Source: Gemmatimonadota bacterium (GTDB lineage: Bacteria; Gemmatimonadota; Gemmatimonadetes; Palauibacterales; Palauibacteraceae). Taken from it: DNA of 64,000 bases. The DNA is taken from assembly GCA_963666735.1 (NCBI GenBank), contig OY762926.1, positions 3,552,001 through 3,616,000 on the forward strand. The letters are read 5' to 3'. Made by a program: the position numbers and the translations under genes. Within the stretch, counting starts at the first letter, position 1. Each line of letters starts with the position of its first letter. This document shows positions 25,969 through 34,400 of this stretch, one piece after another. A model generated the notes under the pieces. That model saw only the letters and a list, made by a program, of their open reading frames with translations, did no database searches and was not told where the DNA came from.

Positions 25969-27267
25969 ATGGACGCAGGTCGCGGGAGCCGGATGGCGCT
26001 CTGCCTCTGGTGGCCGGGGTTCGAGCTGGAACTGGAGCGGGTCCGGACGCCGCCGCTCGCGGACCAGCCGCTCGCACTGCCGGCGGTGGGGGACCGCCGC
26101 CGCATCGAGATGGGGTGCGCGCTCGCGGCCTCCTTCGGGGTCGAGCCGGGGATGATCGTCTCGCAGGCGATCGCGCTCTGCCCCTCGCTCGTCCTCTGCG
26201 AACCGGACCCGGATTTCCACGACGCGGCGCGCGACCGGATCGCGGAAGTCCTCCGCGGCTGGAGTCCGGTCGTCGAGCGGTCGGCGGACCGGGGACGGTT
26301 CTTCGTCGGGGTCGACGGACTCGAACGGCTGTACGGTCCGCCGGAGCGCCAGATCGCGGGGCTCCGGGCGAAGCTCGAGGCGTTGTCGCCGTGGCTCGCG
26401 TCGAGCGCGCGGGTCGGCTACGCGCCGGGGAAGTTCGCGGCGTGGGTCGCGGCGCGGTCCGTGGAGTCCGCCCGGTCGGCGGGGTTGGTGGAGCCCGGGC
26501 GGGCGGGCGCGGACGTCTGCGTGGCGGCGGCCGATCTGGCCGCGTTTCTGGCGCGGCAGCCGGTCGAAGTGCTGCCGGTGTCGCCGCGCATGACCGGGCG
26601 GCTGAAGCGGCTCGGGGTCGGGCGGCTCGGGCAGCTGGTCCGCATTCCCGAGCCGGCGCTCGTGTCGCAGTTCGGGGCCGATGGGCGCCGGGCGTTCGCC
26701 TGGGCGCGAGGGTCGCGCATCGACCGTGTGCGGCCGGAGGCGCCGGCCCGGCCGATCCGCGTCGCGCTCGATTTTCCGAGCCCGATCGGGCAGCTCGAAC
26801 TGCTGCACGCCGCGCTCGACCGGCTCATCGGTCGCGCGCTCGAGCATCCGCGTCGGCGAGGCAAGAGCGTCCGCGGCCTCAGGGTGTCGGCGAGCCTCGA
26901 GGATGGCGGCTCCTGGTCCATACGCGCGATTGCCCGGGAACCCACGAGCGAGCCCGAACGGCTCGGGGCGTTCCTCCGCTCTCGGATCGCGCTCGACCGG
27001 CCCCGGCGCGCGGTCGAGACGCTGCGGCTCGAACTCTTCCGCTTCGGCCCGGCGAGCGCGCAGACCGGGCTCTTCGACCCGAAGGAAGGCGCGCCCCGCG
27101 CCTTCGGTTCGCTGGAGACGAAGGATGGCGAATTGCTGCCCGTGTTCCGGCGCGCAGCGCGCGTGCTGCGGCTGCGGCTGGGAGGCTCCGCGCTGTACCG
27201 GGTGCTCGAACTCGAGCCGAACTCCAGGCTCCCCGAGCGTCGGCATGCGCTCATGGAAATCGCGTAG
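25969..27267 (+). CDS. imuB: ImuB-like catalytically inactive Y-family polymerase
   Basis: GVEPGM..SQAIALCPSL, WSPVVE, FFVGVDGLERLYG, LKRLGV..LGQL, QTGLF clamp-binding-like motif, SRLPERR tail; Y-family catalytic acidic motifs absent. Confidence 0.8.
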   Translation: MDAGRGSRMALCLWWPGFELELERVRTPPLADQPLALPAVGDRRRIEMGCALAASFGVEPGMIVSQAIALCPSLVLCEPDPDFHDAARDRIAEVLRGWSPVVERSADRGRFFVGVDGLERLYGPPERQIAGLRAKLEALSPWLASSARVGYAPGKFAAWVAARSVESARSAGLVEPGRAGADVCVAAADLAAFLARQPVEVLPVSPRMTGRLKRLGVGRLGQLVRIPEPALVSQFGADGRRAFAWARGSRIDRVRPEAPARPIRVALDFPSPIGQLELLHAALDRLIGRALEHPRRRGKSVRGLRVSASLEDGGSWSIRAIAREPTSEPERLGAFLRSRIALDRPRRAVETLRLELFRFGPASAQTGLFDPKEGAPRAFGSLETKDGELLPVFRRAARVLRLRLGGSALYRVLELEPNSRLPERRHALMEIA

Positions 27268-27273
27268 CCGTCC

Positions 27274-27576
27274 GTGGCGAAACCCGGTGTGGCGCCGAGA
27301 ACGCCGAGACCGAAGCCGCCCGCGGGGAAGCTGCGTCCGCTCAACCGGCCGCGGCCGGTGCGGGTCCGGCTCGGCGGCGCCGGGGTGCCCGTGAGCCTCG
27401 AGATCCGGGGGCGCTGGCGGCGGATTGGCGACGTGCTCGACCAGTGGCGGATCGATGACGAGTGGTGGAGGGAACCGATCTCGCGCGCCTACTTCTCGAT
27501 CGTGCTCGAGAACGGCGCCTACCTCACCGCGTACCACGATCTGATAATGGATCGCTGGTTCCTGCAGCCGGAATAG
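27274..27576 (+). CDS. Small conserved mutasome-cassette protein (DUF6504-like)
   Basis: LRPLNRPRPVRV...LDQWRIDDEWWREPISRAYF...YHDL..WF, resembling the ImuB C-terminal domain. Confidence 0.75.
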   Translation: MAKPGVAPRTPRPKPPAGKLRPLNRPRPVRVRLGGAGVPVSLEIRGRWRRIGDVLDQWRIDDEWWREPISRAYFSIVLENGAYLTAYHDLIMDRWFLQPE

Positions 27577-27617
27577 CCGCCGTGGACGCCAGGCCGCTCC
27601 CGGACGTTCCTTCGCGC

Positions 27618-30600
27618 ATGGCCTCGCCGCCGTTCGCAGTCCCCCGGGGGGCCGTCGACTACGTCGAACTGCATGCGCACTCCGCCTACTCCTTTCTCGA
27701 TGGGGCGTCGCGGCCAGAGGAACTCGCGGCGCGCGCGCTCGAACTGGGCTATCCCGCGCTCGCGCTCACCGACCACGACGGGCTGTACGGTTCGATGGAG
27801 TTCGCGCGCTTCGCCCGCGCCCATGGGCTGCAGCCGATCACGGGTGCCGAACTCACCCTCGCCTCGCCGTTCGCCGCCGCCGAACGCACTGAAGGACACG
27901 GGGGAGAGCACAGGGGAGCCGCCGGCGACGTTCCCGCGGGAACGTCCGGAGGCCGCGCGCTGGCGGGACGGGCGGCGAAAACGGCCGACTGTCACGTTAC
28001 GGTGCTGGCGGAGAATGCGACGGGGTACGCGAACCTGTGCCGGCTCATCACGCGGGCGCACATGAAGAGTCCGCGCGGGGAGCCTCGGCTCGACCTCGAT
28101 GCGCTCCTCGAACGGCCGGAGGGACTCATCCTCCTCAGCGGGTGCCGCCGGAGTCCCCTCCTGGCGGCGCTGGAGCGGGGGACGGACGAGGCCGAACGGC
28201 TGGCCGGGCGCCTGCGCGACGCGTTCGGTCCCGGCAACCTCTTCGTCGAACTCCAGAACAACGCGGTCCACGGCGACCTCGCGCGCGGCCGGGCGTTGGG
28301 GGCGCTGGCCGACCGGCTCCGCATCCCCGTCGTGGCCACGGGCAACGTCCACTACCACGTCGCGGACCGGCACCGTCTTCAGGACGTCATGGTCGCGATC
28401 CGGAACCGGACGACGGTCGACGATTCGCACGCGCTCCGCCGCGCCAACGCCTGCTTCCACCTCGCCTCGCCCCGGGAGATGGCGTGGCGCTTCGCGTCGC
28501 GGCCCGACGCGCTCCGCAACACGCGGGCGATCGCCGAGCGCTGCCAGGCGTTCGATCTTACTGCCGACCTCGGCTACCGCTTTCCCGACTTCAACGGGAG
28601 CGGCTTCGCCCCCGCCATGCGGGTGCTTCACCAAGTATGCCGCCGGGCATTCGAAACCCGATATCCCCCCGAAAGCGAATACCGGCAGGAAGCCGAAGGG
28701 CGGCTCGCGGCCGAACTCGCGCTCGTCGACCGCCACGACCTGGCCGGGTTCTTCCTCGTCTACCACGACATCCTCGAACTGGCCCGCGAGGTCGCGCACC
28801 GCGTGCGGGGCGACTCGATGCCGCGCCAACTACTCCCGCCCGGGCGCGGTCGCGGGTCCTCCGTCTCCTCCATCATCTGTTATCTGATCGGACTGTCCCA
28901 CGTGGATCCGGTGCGGACGAACCTCTTCCTCGGCCGCTTCCTGAACGACGCCATGGGAAGCGTCCCGGATATAGACATCGATTTTGCGCGCGATATTCGG
29001 GAGGAGCTGATCCTCGCCGTCTATGAGCGCTACGGGTACGACCACGTCGGGCTCGTGTGCACCTTCCCCACCTATCGCACGCGCTCGACCGTGCGCGAAC
29101 TGGGGAAGGTGCTCGGCCTCCCGGCCGGCGACGTGGAGAAACTGGCCAAGCTCGCCGAGCCGGGAGAGGACGGGTTCATGGCCGAACTGGAACGCATCCC
29201 CGGCCTCGAGGCGCGCGCGAACGCGAGGATCTGGCAGGTATTCGCCGAACTGGCCGAGGAGATCAGGGGGCTCCCGCGGCACATCTCCCAGCACGTGGGC
29301 GGGATGATCATCTCGAGCCGGCCGCTGGTGGAGATCGTCCCGCTCGAGCCCGCCGCGTGGGAGGGACGCGTCCTCTGCCAGTGGGACAAGGACTCCTGCG
29401 ACGACGCGGGGTTCATCAAGATCGACTTTCTTGCGCTCGGGATGATGTCGCTCGTCGAGGAGGCGGTGGAGACGATCCACGCGCGCCACGGCGAGATCCC
29501 GGATCTGTCCCGCATCGACTACGAGGACGAGGCGATCTACGACCGCATCTGTTCGGGAGACACGGTGGGCCTCTTTCAAGTCGAGAGCCGCGCGCAGATC
29601 CAGATGCTGCGGCGGGTGCGGCCCCGGAATCTGGCCGACCTCGCGGTGCAGGTCGCGATCGTACGCCCGGGCCCGATCGTGGGCGGAGCGGTGAACCCCT
29701 ACGTCCGGCGGCGCGAGAAGCTTCGCAAGGACCCGGACTACGTCGTCCCCTACGACCATCCCCTGCTCGAGGAGGCGCTCGGCGAGACCTTGGGCGTGAT
29801 CATCTTTCAGGACCAGGTGCTCCAGGTGTGCAAGGCGCTCGCGGGCTTCAGCGACGGGCAGGCGGAGGGACTGCGGCGTGCCATGAGCCGCAAGCGTTCG
29901 CGCGAGGCACTGCTGGAGTACTGGGAGGCGTTCCGCGACGGCGCGGCGGGGAAGGGGGTCGGCGGCCCCACGGCGAAGAAAGTGTTCGAGCAGGTCGTCG
30001 CGTTCTCGGAGTTCGGGTTCCCGAAGTCGCACGCGGTGGCGTTCGGGCTTCTCGCCTTTCAGTCCGCCTGGCTGCGCGACCGCTATCCGGCCGAGTACTA
30101 CGTGGGGCTCTTCAACAACCAGCCGATGGGGTTCTACTCGCTCGACGCGATCGGGCGCGACGCGCGCCGGCACGGGGTCGGCGTCCGGCTGCCGGACCTG
30201 AACGCCAGCCAGGTCGCCTGCACCGCCGAGGGAGACGATGTCCGGATCGGGCTCGGCATGGTCCGCGACTGGGGGTCCGAGGCGGCCGAACTCGTGGTGG
30301 CCGAGCGCGAGCGCGGCGGACCGTTCGCGTCGCTCCCGGACTTCCTTCGCCGCACCCCGGCCGCGCTCAAGCGGGCCGCGGTCGAGAACCTGGTCTGGGT
30401 CGGCGGGCTCGATGCGCTGGGGATCGAACGCCGCGACCTGCTGTGGCAGACGGGGCTCTGGCTGGGTCCGGAGGTCGAGACGGAGGCGGAGCGCCGGCGC
30501 CGCGAACTCGCGACGAGCGCCGCGGGGCTGGGCGGGGAAGCGCCGCCGGTGCGGGGCCGGCGCAGCACCGACCGCTCGGACCAGGGCCAGATCGAACTCT

Positions 30601-31334
30601 CGCTCGACGACCCGTACGCGGACCTCCGCTTCGGGGGCACGCACGACATGGAGAAGATGATCGCGGAGTACCGCATCCTCTCCCTCGCCGCCTCGCTGCA
30701 CCACCCGTTCGCGCTCGTGGGCGACCACCTGCCCGAACGCACGGTCTCATCGGCCCGTTTCGTCGATCTCCCCAACGGGAGCGAGGTCCGGGTGGCGGGG
30801 ATCGTGGTCGCCCGCCAGCGCCCGCACACGGCCAAAGGCTACATCTTCATCCTCATGGAGGACGAATTCGGGCCCATCAACGCGATCGTGAGGCCCGAGG
30901 TATACCGGGAATGCCGCGCCGCGATCCGCCTCGAACCCTTCCTCTACATCGATGGCGCGCTTCAGAAGGACGGCGCGACGTACAACGTGCTCGCCGAGGG
31001 GGTCTATCCCCTGCGCCTGAGCCCCGAACTCCGGCTGGGCCGCGAGACGATCCCCCCAGTGGAAGGAGAAGCGGACACGGCCGTCGCTCCGGTCGATCTC
31101 GATGTTGCGGCGGAGAGCTCGGTCGAGACGGCTGCCGAGACGCCATCCGAGGTGTCGCCCGACACGCGAGCAGAGCCGCGCCGCCCGGGCTCCCCGAACC
31201 GGATCGCCGCCGCCAACCGGGTCGCGGCCGTGGCCAATGGACTCGCCGGACCCGATCCGTTCGCATACCTGGAGGCGCTACGGCGCGATCCGCCCCCGAC
31301 CATGAGCTGGGGCCGCGGCGGAGGCTGCCGGTGA
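27618..31334 (+). CDS. dnaE2: Error-prone DNA polymerase DnaE2
   Basis: PHP ELHAHSAYSFLDGAS/TDHDG, GRGSS, PDIDIDF, PRHISQHVGG, KIDFLALG, FGFPKSHA, NNQPMGFY, RQRPHTAKG. Confidence 0.93.
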   Translation: MASPPFAVPRGAVDYVELHAHSAYSFLDGASRPEELAARALELGYPALALTDHDGLYGSMEFARFARAHGLQPITGAELTLASPFAAAERTEGHGGEHRGAAGDVPAGTSGGRALAGRAAKTADCHVTVLAENATGYANLCRLITRAHMKSPRGEPRLDLDALLERPEGLILLSGCRRSPLLAALERGTDEAERLAGRLRDAFGPGNLFVELQNNAVHGDLARGRALGALADRLRIPVVATGNVHYHVADRHRLQDVMVAIRNRTTVDDSHALRRANACFHLASPREMAWRFASRPDALRNTRAIAERCQAFDLTADLGYRFPDFNGSGFAPAMRVLHQVCRRAFETRYPPESEYRQEAEGRLAAELALVDRHDLAGFFLVYHDILELAREVAHRVRGDSMPRQLLPPGRGRGSSVSSIICYLIGLSHVDPVRTNLFLGRFLNDAMGSVPDIDIDFARDIREELILAVYERYGYDHVGLVCTFPTYRTRSTVRELGKVLGLPAGDVEKLAKLAEPGEDGFMAELERIPGLEARANARIWQVFAELAEEIRGLPRHISQHVGGMIISSRPLVEIVPLEPAAWEGRVLCQWDKDSCDDAGFIKIDFLALGMMSLVEEAVETIHARHGEIPDLSRIDYEDEAIYDRICSGDTVGLFQVESRAQIQMLRRVRPRNLADLAVQVAIVRPGPIVGGAVNPYVRRREKLRKDPDYVVPYDHPLLEEALGETLGVIIFQDQVLQVCKALAGFSDGQAEGLRRAMSRKRSREALLEYWEAFRDGAAGKGVGGPTAKKVFEQVVAFSEFGFPKSHAVAFGLLAFQSAWLRDRYPAEYYVGLFNNQPMGFYSLDAIGRDARRHGVGVRLPDLNASQVACTAEGDDVRIGLGMVRDWGSEAAELVVAERERGGPFASLPDFLRRTPAALKRAAVENLVWVGGLDALGIERRDLLWQTGLWLGPEVETEAERRRRELATSAAGLGGEAPPVRGRRSTDRSDQGQIELSLDDPYADLRFGGTHDMEKMIAEYRILSLAASLHHPFALVGDHLPERTVSSARFVDLPNGSEVRVAGIVVARQRPHTAKGYIFILMEDEFGPINAIVRPEVYRECRAAIRLEPFLYIDGALQKDGATYNVLAEGVYPLRLSPELRLGRETIPPVEGEADTAVAPVDLDVAAESSVETAAETPSEVSPDTRAEPRRPGSPNRIAAANRVAAVANGLAGPDPFAYLEALRRDPPPTMSWGRGGGCR
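27927..27946. repeat. 20-bp perfect palindrome (parS-like), copy 1, inside dnaE2
   Basis: gacgttcccgcgggaacgtc; encodes DVPAGTS in a low-complexity insertion of the PHP domain. Confidence 0.7.
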
Positions 31335-31439
31335 CGCCGGTTTCCTAATGGCCGACATGTCGTGCCCTCCCCTAAATTGGGATGGCGAATGCTGACTCCG
31401 AGAACGCCGCGTGGCGCTCCGTCGTGGAGGAGATCGAAC

Positions 31440-31565
31440 ATGAATGAACGGAATATCGCGGCCGAGGTGCTTGAGGGGCTCCGGGAAGCCCGGGAGCACC
31501 GGGCGGGAAAGCTCAGCCTTCGAACCATCCGGCTTCCAGAGCCGCTGCCCGGGCTCTCGCCCGGA
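31440..31565 (+). pseudogene. XRE/HigA-like antitoxin, N-terminal fragment
   Basis: MNERNIAAEVLEGLREAREHRAGKLSLRTIRLPEPLPGLSP breaks off before the HTH; preceded by GGAGG and an overlapping ...RSVVEEIEHE* tail. Confidence 0.6.
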
Positions 31566-31864
31566 GTGGCCTCGAGCGTCTCCAGCCAGCGACAGCCGTG
31601 CGCTGGTACATCGGGTGACCCGGTCATGCCTTCGGGGCACATGTCGAACCTCTCGACGCGCAGGCGGTAGCTGGAGTCGTGCGCGGGCTGGAAGCCCACG
31701 ACCTCGCCGCGGTAGGGGGTGCCGTTGACGACCTTGCAGTACCCGGGGTAGCCATCGTCGCACTCGACCCGGTGACGATCGATGGTGATCTCCTCTTCCG
31801 TGCCCGCCGCCTCTGTTCTCGAGACGACTTCGCTCAGAACGTACTGGCCATCGGCATACCGGTT
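31559..31864 (-). pseudogene. Duplicated 3' fragment of the DUF4377 gene (direct repeat of 32618-32923)
   Basis: About 305-bp colinear near-identical match at offset 1059; NRYADGQYVLSEVVS...WLETLEATPG. Confidence 0.85.
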
Positions 31865-31918
31865 TCCGTGTTGCCCGCACGCTTTCCCGCCGGAACCGGC
31901 GGCCGCCACGCGGTCAGT

Positions 31919-32179
31919 TCACTCGAGTGGAGCGATCCTGCCAGGGGCCTCGTGACTTCGTGCGCGGTTCCATGCGGCCAGCAGTTCCGCTTGGTGGAGG
32001 GACGCCCACTCAACCACGAAGCCGAGCGCCCGGGGTGGAAGGCGTCCCCTCAGCACGGAGAAATCCTCGATGCCGATCACGGCTTCTGCGCCGCTGTACT
32101 CGGCATGGAAGTGGGCAGGACCGTGCTCCCGAAAATACATGCGAATGACGATGCCGTAGAACCGGCAGACTTCAGGCAT
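31919..32179 (-). CDS. DUF4160 family putative toxin
   Basis: MPEVCRFYGIVIRMYFREHGPAHFHAEY...GRLPPRAL..VVEWA..HQAELLAAW. Confidence 0.88.
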   Translation of the reverse strand: MPEVCRFYGIVIRMYFREHGPAHFHAEYSGAEAVIGIEDFSVLRGRLPPRALGFVVEWASLHQAELLAAWNRARSHEAPGRIAPLE

Positions 32180-32456
32180 GCGAAACTGACTTGGCGAGTC
32201 CCGGAAACACGTGCTGAGGAGACCTGCCGGTTAGATCGAGGTAGAGCGCGTCGGGACAGAGTTCGATCTCCGCCGACCAGGCGACCGCGCCGTGCGGCGC
32301 CAGGTGGACGGTGCCGAAGAGATCCTGGTTATCCCATGCCCGAAAGACGCCCTTGCCCGCCAGGTCGGAAAGATCGATCTCTCCCGCGCAACCATCCGCA
32401 AACCGGATCCAGATCCGGTACCCTTCGCGCGCCTTCACCTCAGCGACGCTGATCAT
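32172..32456 (-). CDS. DUF2442 family putative antitoxin
   Basis: VAEVKAREGYRIWIRFADG..GEIDLSDL.GKGVF..W...VAW..EIELCPDALY; GGAGG upstream of ATG 32456; overlaps DUF4160 start. Confidence 0.85.
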   Translation of the reverse strand: MISVAEVKAREGYRIWIRFADGCAGEIDLSDLAGKGVFRAWDNQDLFGTVHLAPHGAVAWSAEIELCPDALYLDLTGRSPQHVFPGLAKSVSHA

Positions 32457-32520
32457 CGATCTCTCGTCCTCCATTCTGATGCTCCGTCCGTACCATGCCC
32501 CGAACATACTAGAAACCGGG

Positions 32521-32598
32521 CGCATCCGGCGGAATCACCGCGTGAAACTGATGGCGCGGAAGTACCCCGACACGCTCGACCGGCTGGCGTCGCTATAG
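32521..32598 (+). pseudogene. XRE/HigA-like antitoxin, C-terminal fragment
   Basis: ...VKLMARKYPDTLDRLASL* resembles the C-terminal tail of the family whose N-terminus lies at 31440. Confidence 0.5.
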
Positions 32599-32611
32599 GC
32601 ACGGTGCGGAA

Positions 32612-33403
32612 TCAGGTGCCCGGAGTGGCCTCGAGCGTCTCCAGCCAGCGATAGCCGTAGGCCGGAACATCGGGTGATCCGGTCATGCCTTCGGGGAACA
32701 TGTCGAACCTCTCGACGCGCAGGCGATAGCTGGAGCCGTGCGCGGGCTGGAAGCCCACGACCTCGCCGCGGTAGGGGGCGCCGTTGACGACCTTGCAGTA
32801 CCCGGGGTAGCCGTCGCCGCACTCGACCCGGTGGCGGTCGATGGTGATCTCCTCTTCCGTGCCCGCGGCCCTGGTCTTCGAGACGACTTCACTCAGCACG
32901 TACCGGCCATCGGCATACCTGTTGGCCTCGAGGACGTAGTGGTGGCCCGCTTCGTATTCGAAGCTGGTGATCAGCTCGTCGTACGGCGCGCCGTCCACCA
33001 CCGGGCAGAAGTCGTCACTTCGGTGGCAGATGACCCGCGCCGGACCCACCGGCAGGGTGGCGGGCGTGGAGGGCGCCGGGGTCTTCTCCAGTTGCTCCAG
33101 CAAGCGGTAGGCATACCGGCCGGCATCCTGGGGCGGTTCCCCCCCGTCCCGGGGATCGTACTTGCCGATCCGCAGGCGATAGTCGTAGCCGGGCTCGTAT
33201 TCGAATCCCTCGATGCCGTCGTGGAACACCCCGCCGTTGACGACCATGCATGACCGCAGGCCCACGCCGTAGCACTTGGCCAGCGTGGGGCCGACGGTCA
33301 CCTCCAGCGTCTCGAGGTAGGCGGGCTCGCCCGGCCCCGTGGAACCGCCGCAGCCGGCAAAGACCAGGGCCGGCAGGACGAAAGCAAGCCTTCTGCTGCG
33401 AAT
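32612..33403 (-). CDS. Lipoprotein with three DUF4377-like domains; probable ATT start
   Basis: AAGGAGG 6 nt upstream of ATT 33403; RRLAFVLPALVFAGC lipobox; repeated C..C..V.G...IEGFEYEPGYDYRLR units. Confidence 0.75.
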   Translation of the reverse strand: MRSRRLAFVLPALVFAGCGGSTGPGEPAYLETLEVTVGPTLAKCYGVGLRSCMVVNGGVFHDGIEGFEYEPGYDYRLRIGKYDPRDGGEPPQDAGRYAYRLLEQLEKTPAPSTPATLPVGPARVICHRSDDFCPVVDGAPYDELITSFEYEAGHHYVLEANRYADGRYVLSEVVSKTRAAGTEEEITIDRHRVECGDGYPGYCKVVNGAPYRGEVVGFQPAHGSSYRLRVERFDMFPEGMTGSPDVPAYGYRWLETLEATPGT

Positions 33404-33587
33404 CGGAGTCCTCCTTCGGTTCGGCTGTCGCCGCCACTCCGCAGCCGCGTCGCATCTCAACAGGCCTCTGACGGCTCGATTCGGGAATCTACCCGTCACA
33501 GGCTCCGGGGTTCTCACGCCGCAAACATCCGGCCAGCCCGATTCCGGGCCCGGCGTCGCAGCGGCCGCCGGTGTATCATGTCCCACC

Positions 33588-33998
33588 ATGGAAGGGCATG
33601 CGAAGGGACTCGGGCACGGGCGCGCGCCGGACCCGCCGGACGAGCGGGAGCAAGCGCGCCGGGGCGAACCGCGGATCGTCGACAAGCCCTGGGGACGCGA
33701 GGTGTGGTATGCCCACACCGATCGCTACGCGGGCAAGATCCTGGAAGTCGACGCCGGGCACATCCTCTCGCTGCAGAAGCACGTCGTGAAGCACGAGACG
33801 ATGCTGCTCCAGGCCGGGCGCGTGCGCTTCACGCTCAACGACGAAGTCTTCGAGTGGCTCCCGGGCGAGATCATCTCCATTCCGCCGGGGAACGTGCACC
33901 GCATGGAGGCGCTCGAGGACAGCGTCATCCTCGAGGTGAGCACGCCGGAACTGGACGACCTGGTGCGCCTCGAGGACCGCTACGGACGGGTCCGTTGA
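33588..33998 (+). CDS. Cupin domain protein (mannose-6-phosphate isomerase-like)
   Basis: VDKPWGREVW...LSLQKHVVKHETM...IPPGNVHRM...EVSTPELDDLVRLEDRYGR. Confidence 0.85.
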   Translation: MEGHAKGLGHGRAPDPPDEREQARRGEPRIVDKPWGREVWYAHTDRYAGKILEVDAGHILSLQKHVVKHETMLLQAGRVRFTLNDEVFEWLPGEIISIPPGNVHRMEALEDSVILEVSTPELDDLVRLEDRYGRVR

Positions 33999-34015
33999 AC
34001 GGTCGCGCCGGCCCT

Positions 34016-34037
34016 GGACGTTCCCGCGGGAACGTCC
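34016..34037. repeat. 22-bp perfect palindrome (parS-like), copy 2, between convergent genes
   Basis: ggacgttcccgcgggaacgtcc. Confidence 0.7.
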
Positions 34038-34053
34038 GCCGTCTCAGCCGCCG

Positions 34054-34272
34054 CTAACCCAGCGCGTCGAGGATCTCCTCATGGGATGGGTGTCGGCCCG
34101 TGGCGGCCTTCGAGTAGATGAGCCTTCCATCCGCCACGACCTCGAACCGGCCGCCGCCGGACGGGATCATCTCGATTTCCGGATTGTCGAACCGTTCCCT
34201 GAGAGTTGCCGCCAGACTGGCGGCTTTCGGCTCGTAGTTTCAAGCGGTGCAGTATTCGATCGATATGTGCAT
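34054..34272 (-). CDS. SelT/SelW/SelH (Rdx) family selenoprotein, CxxU
   Basis: MHISIEYCTA-U(TGA 34242-34240)-NYEPKAASLAATLRERFDNPEIEMIPSGGGRFEVVADGRLIYSKAATGRHPSHEEILDALG*; Rdx motifs on both sides of the TGA; hairpin just downstream. Confidence 0.9.
34208..34224 (-). promoter_or_regulatory. Candidate bacterial SECIS hairpin
   Basis: GCCGCCA-GTC-TGGCGGC stem-loop starting 15 nt 3' of the UGA, with G in the apical loop. Confidence 0.65.
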
Positions 34273-34400
34273 GCTGTCCGTCCCCGTCTCGGTTCTTCCG
34301 ATGCTCCGCGCCGGCCCGCGCCGGCCGCGATTCGGTGCTCGATTCGGCACGCGGCACGTTCGCCGTTGACCCTGTGCGGCACAATGGGGTATCTACGGGC

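Noticed and set aside
33420..33587. Possible tRNA or riboswitch in the intergenic region
   Set aside because: No cloverleaf, T-loop or recognisable aptamer consensus seen; an Rfam scan would settle it
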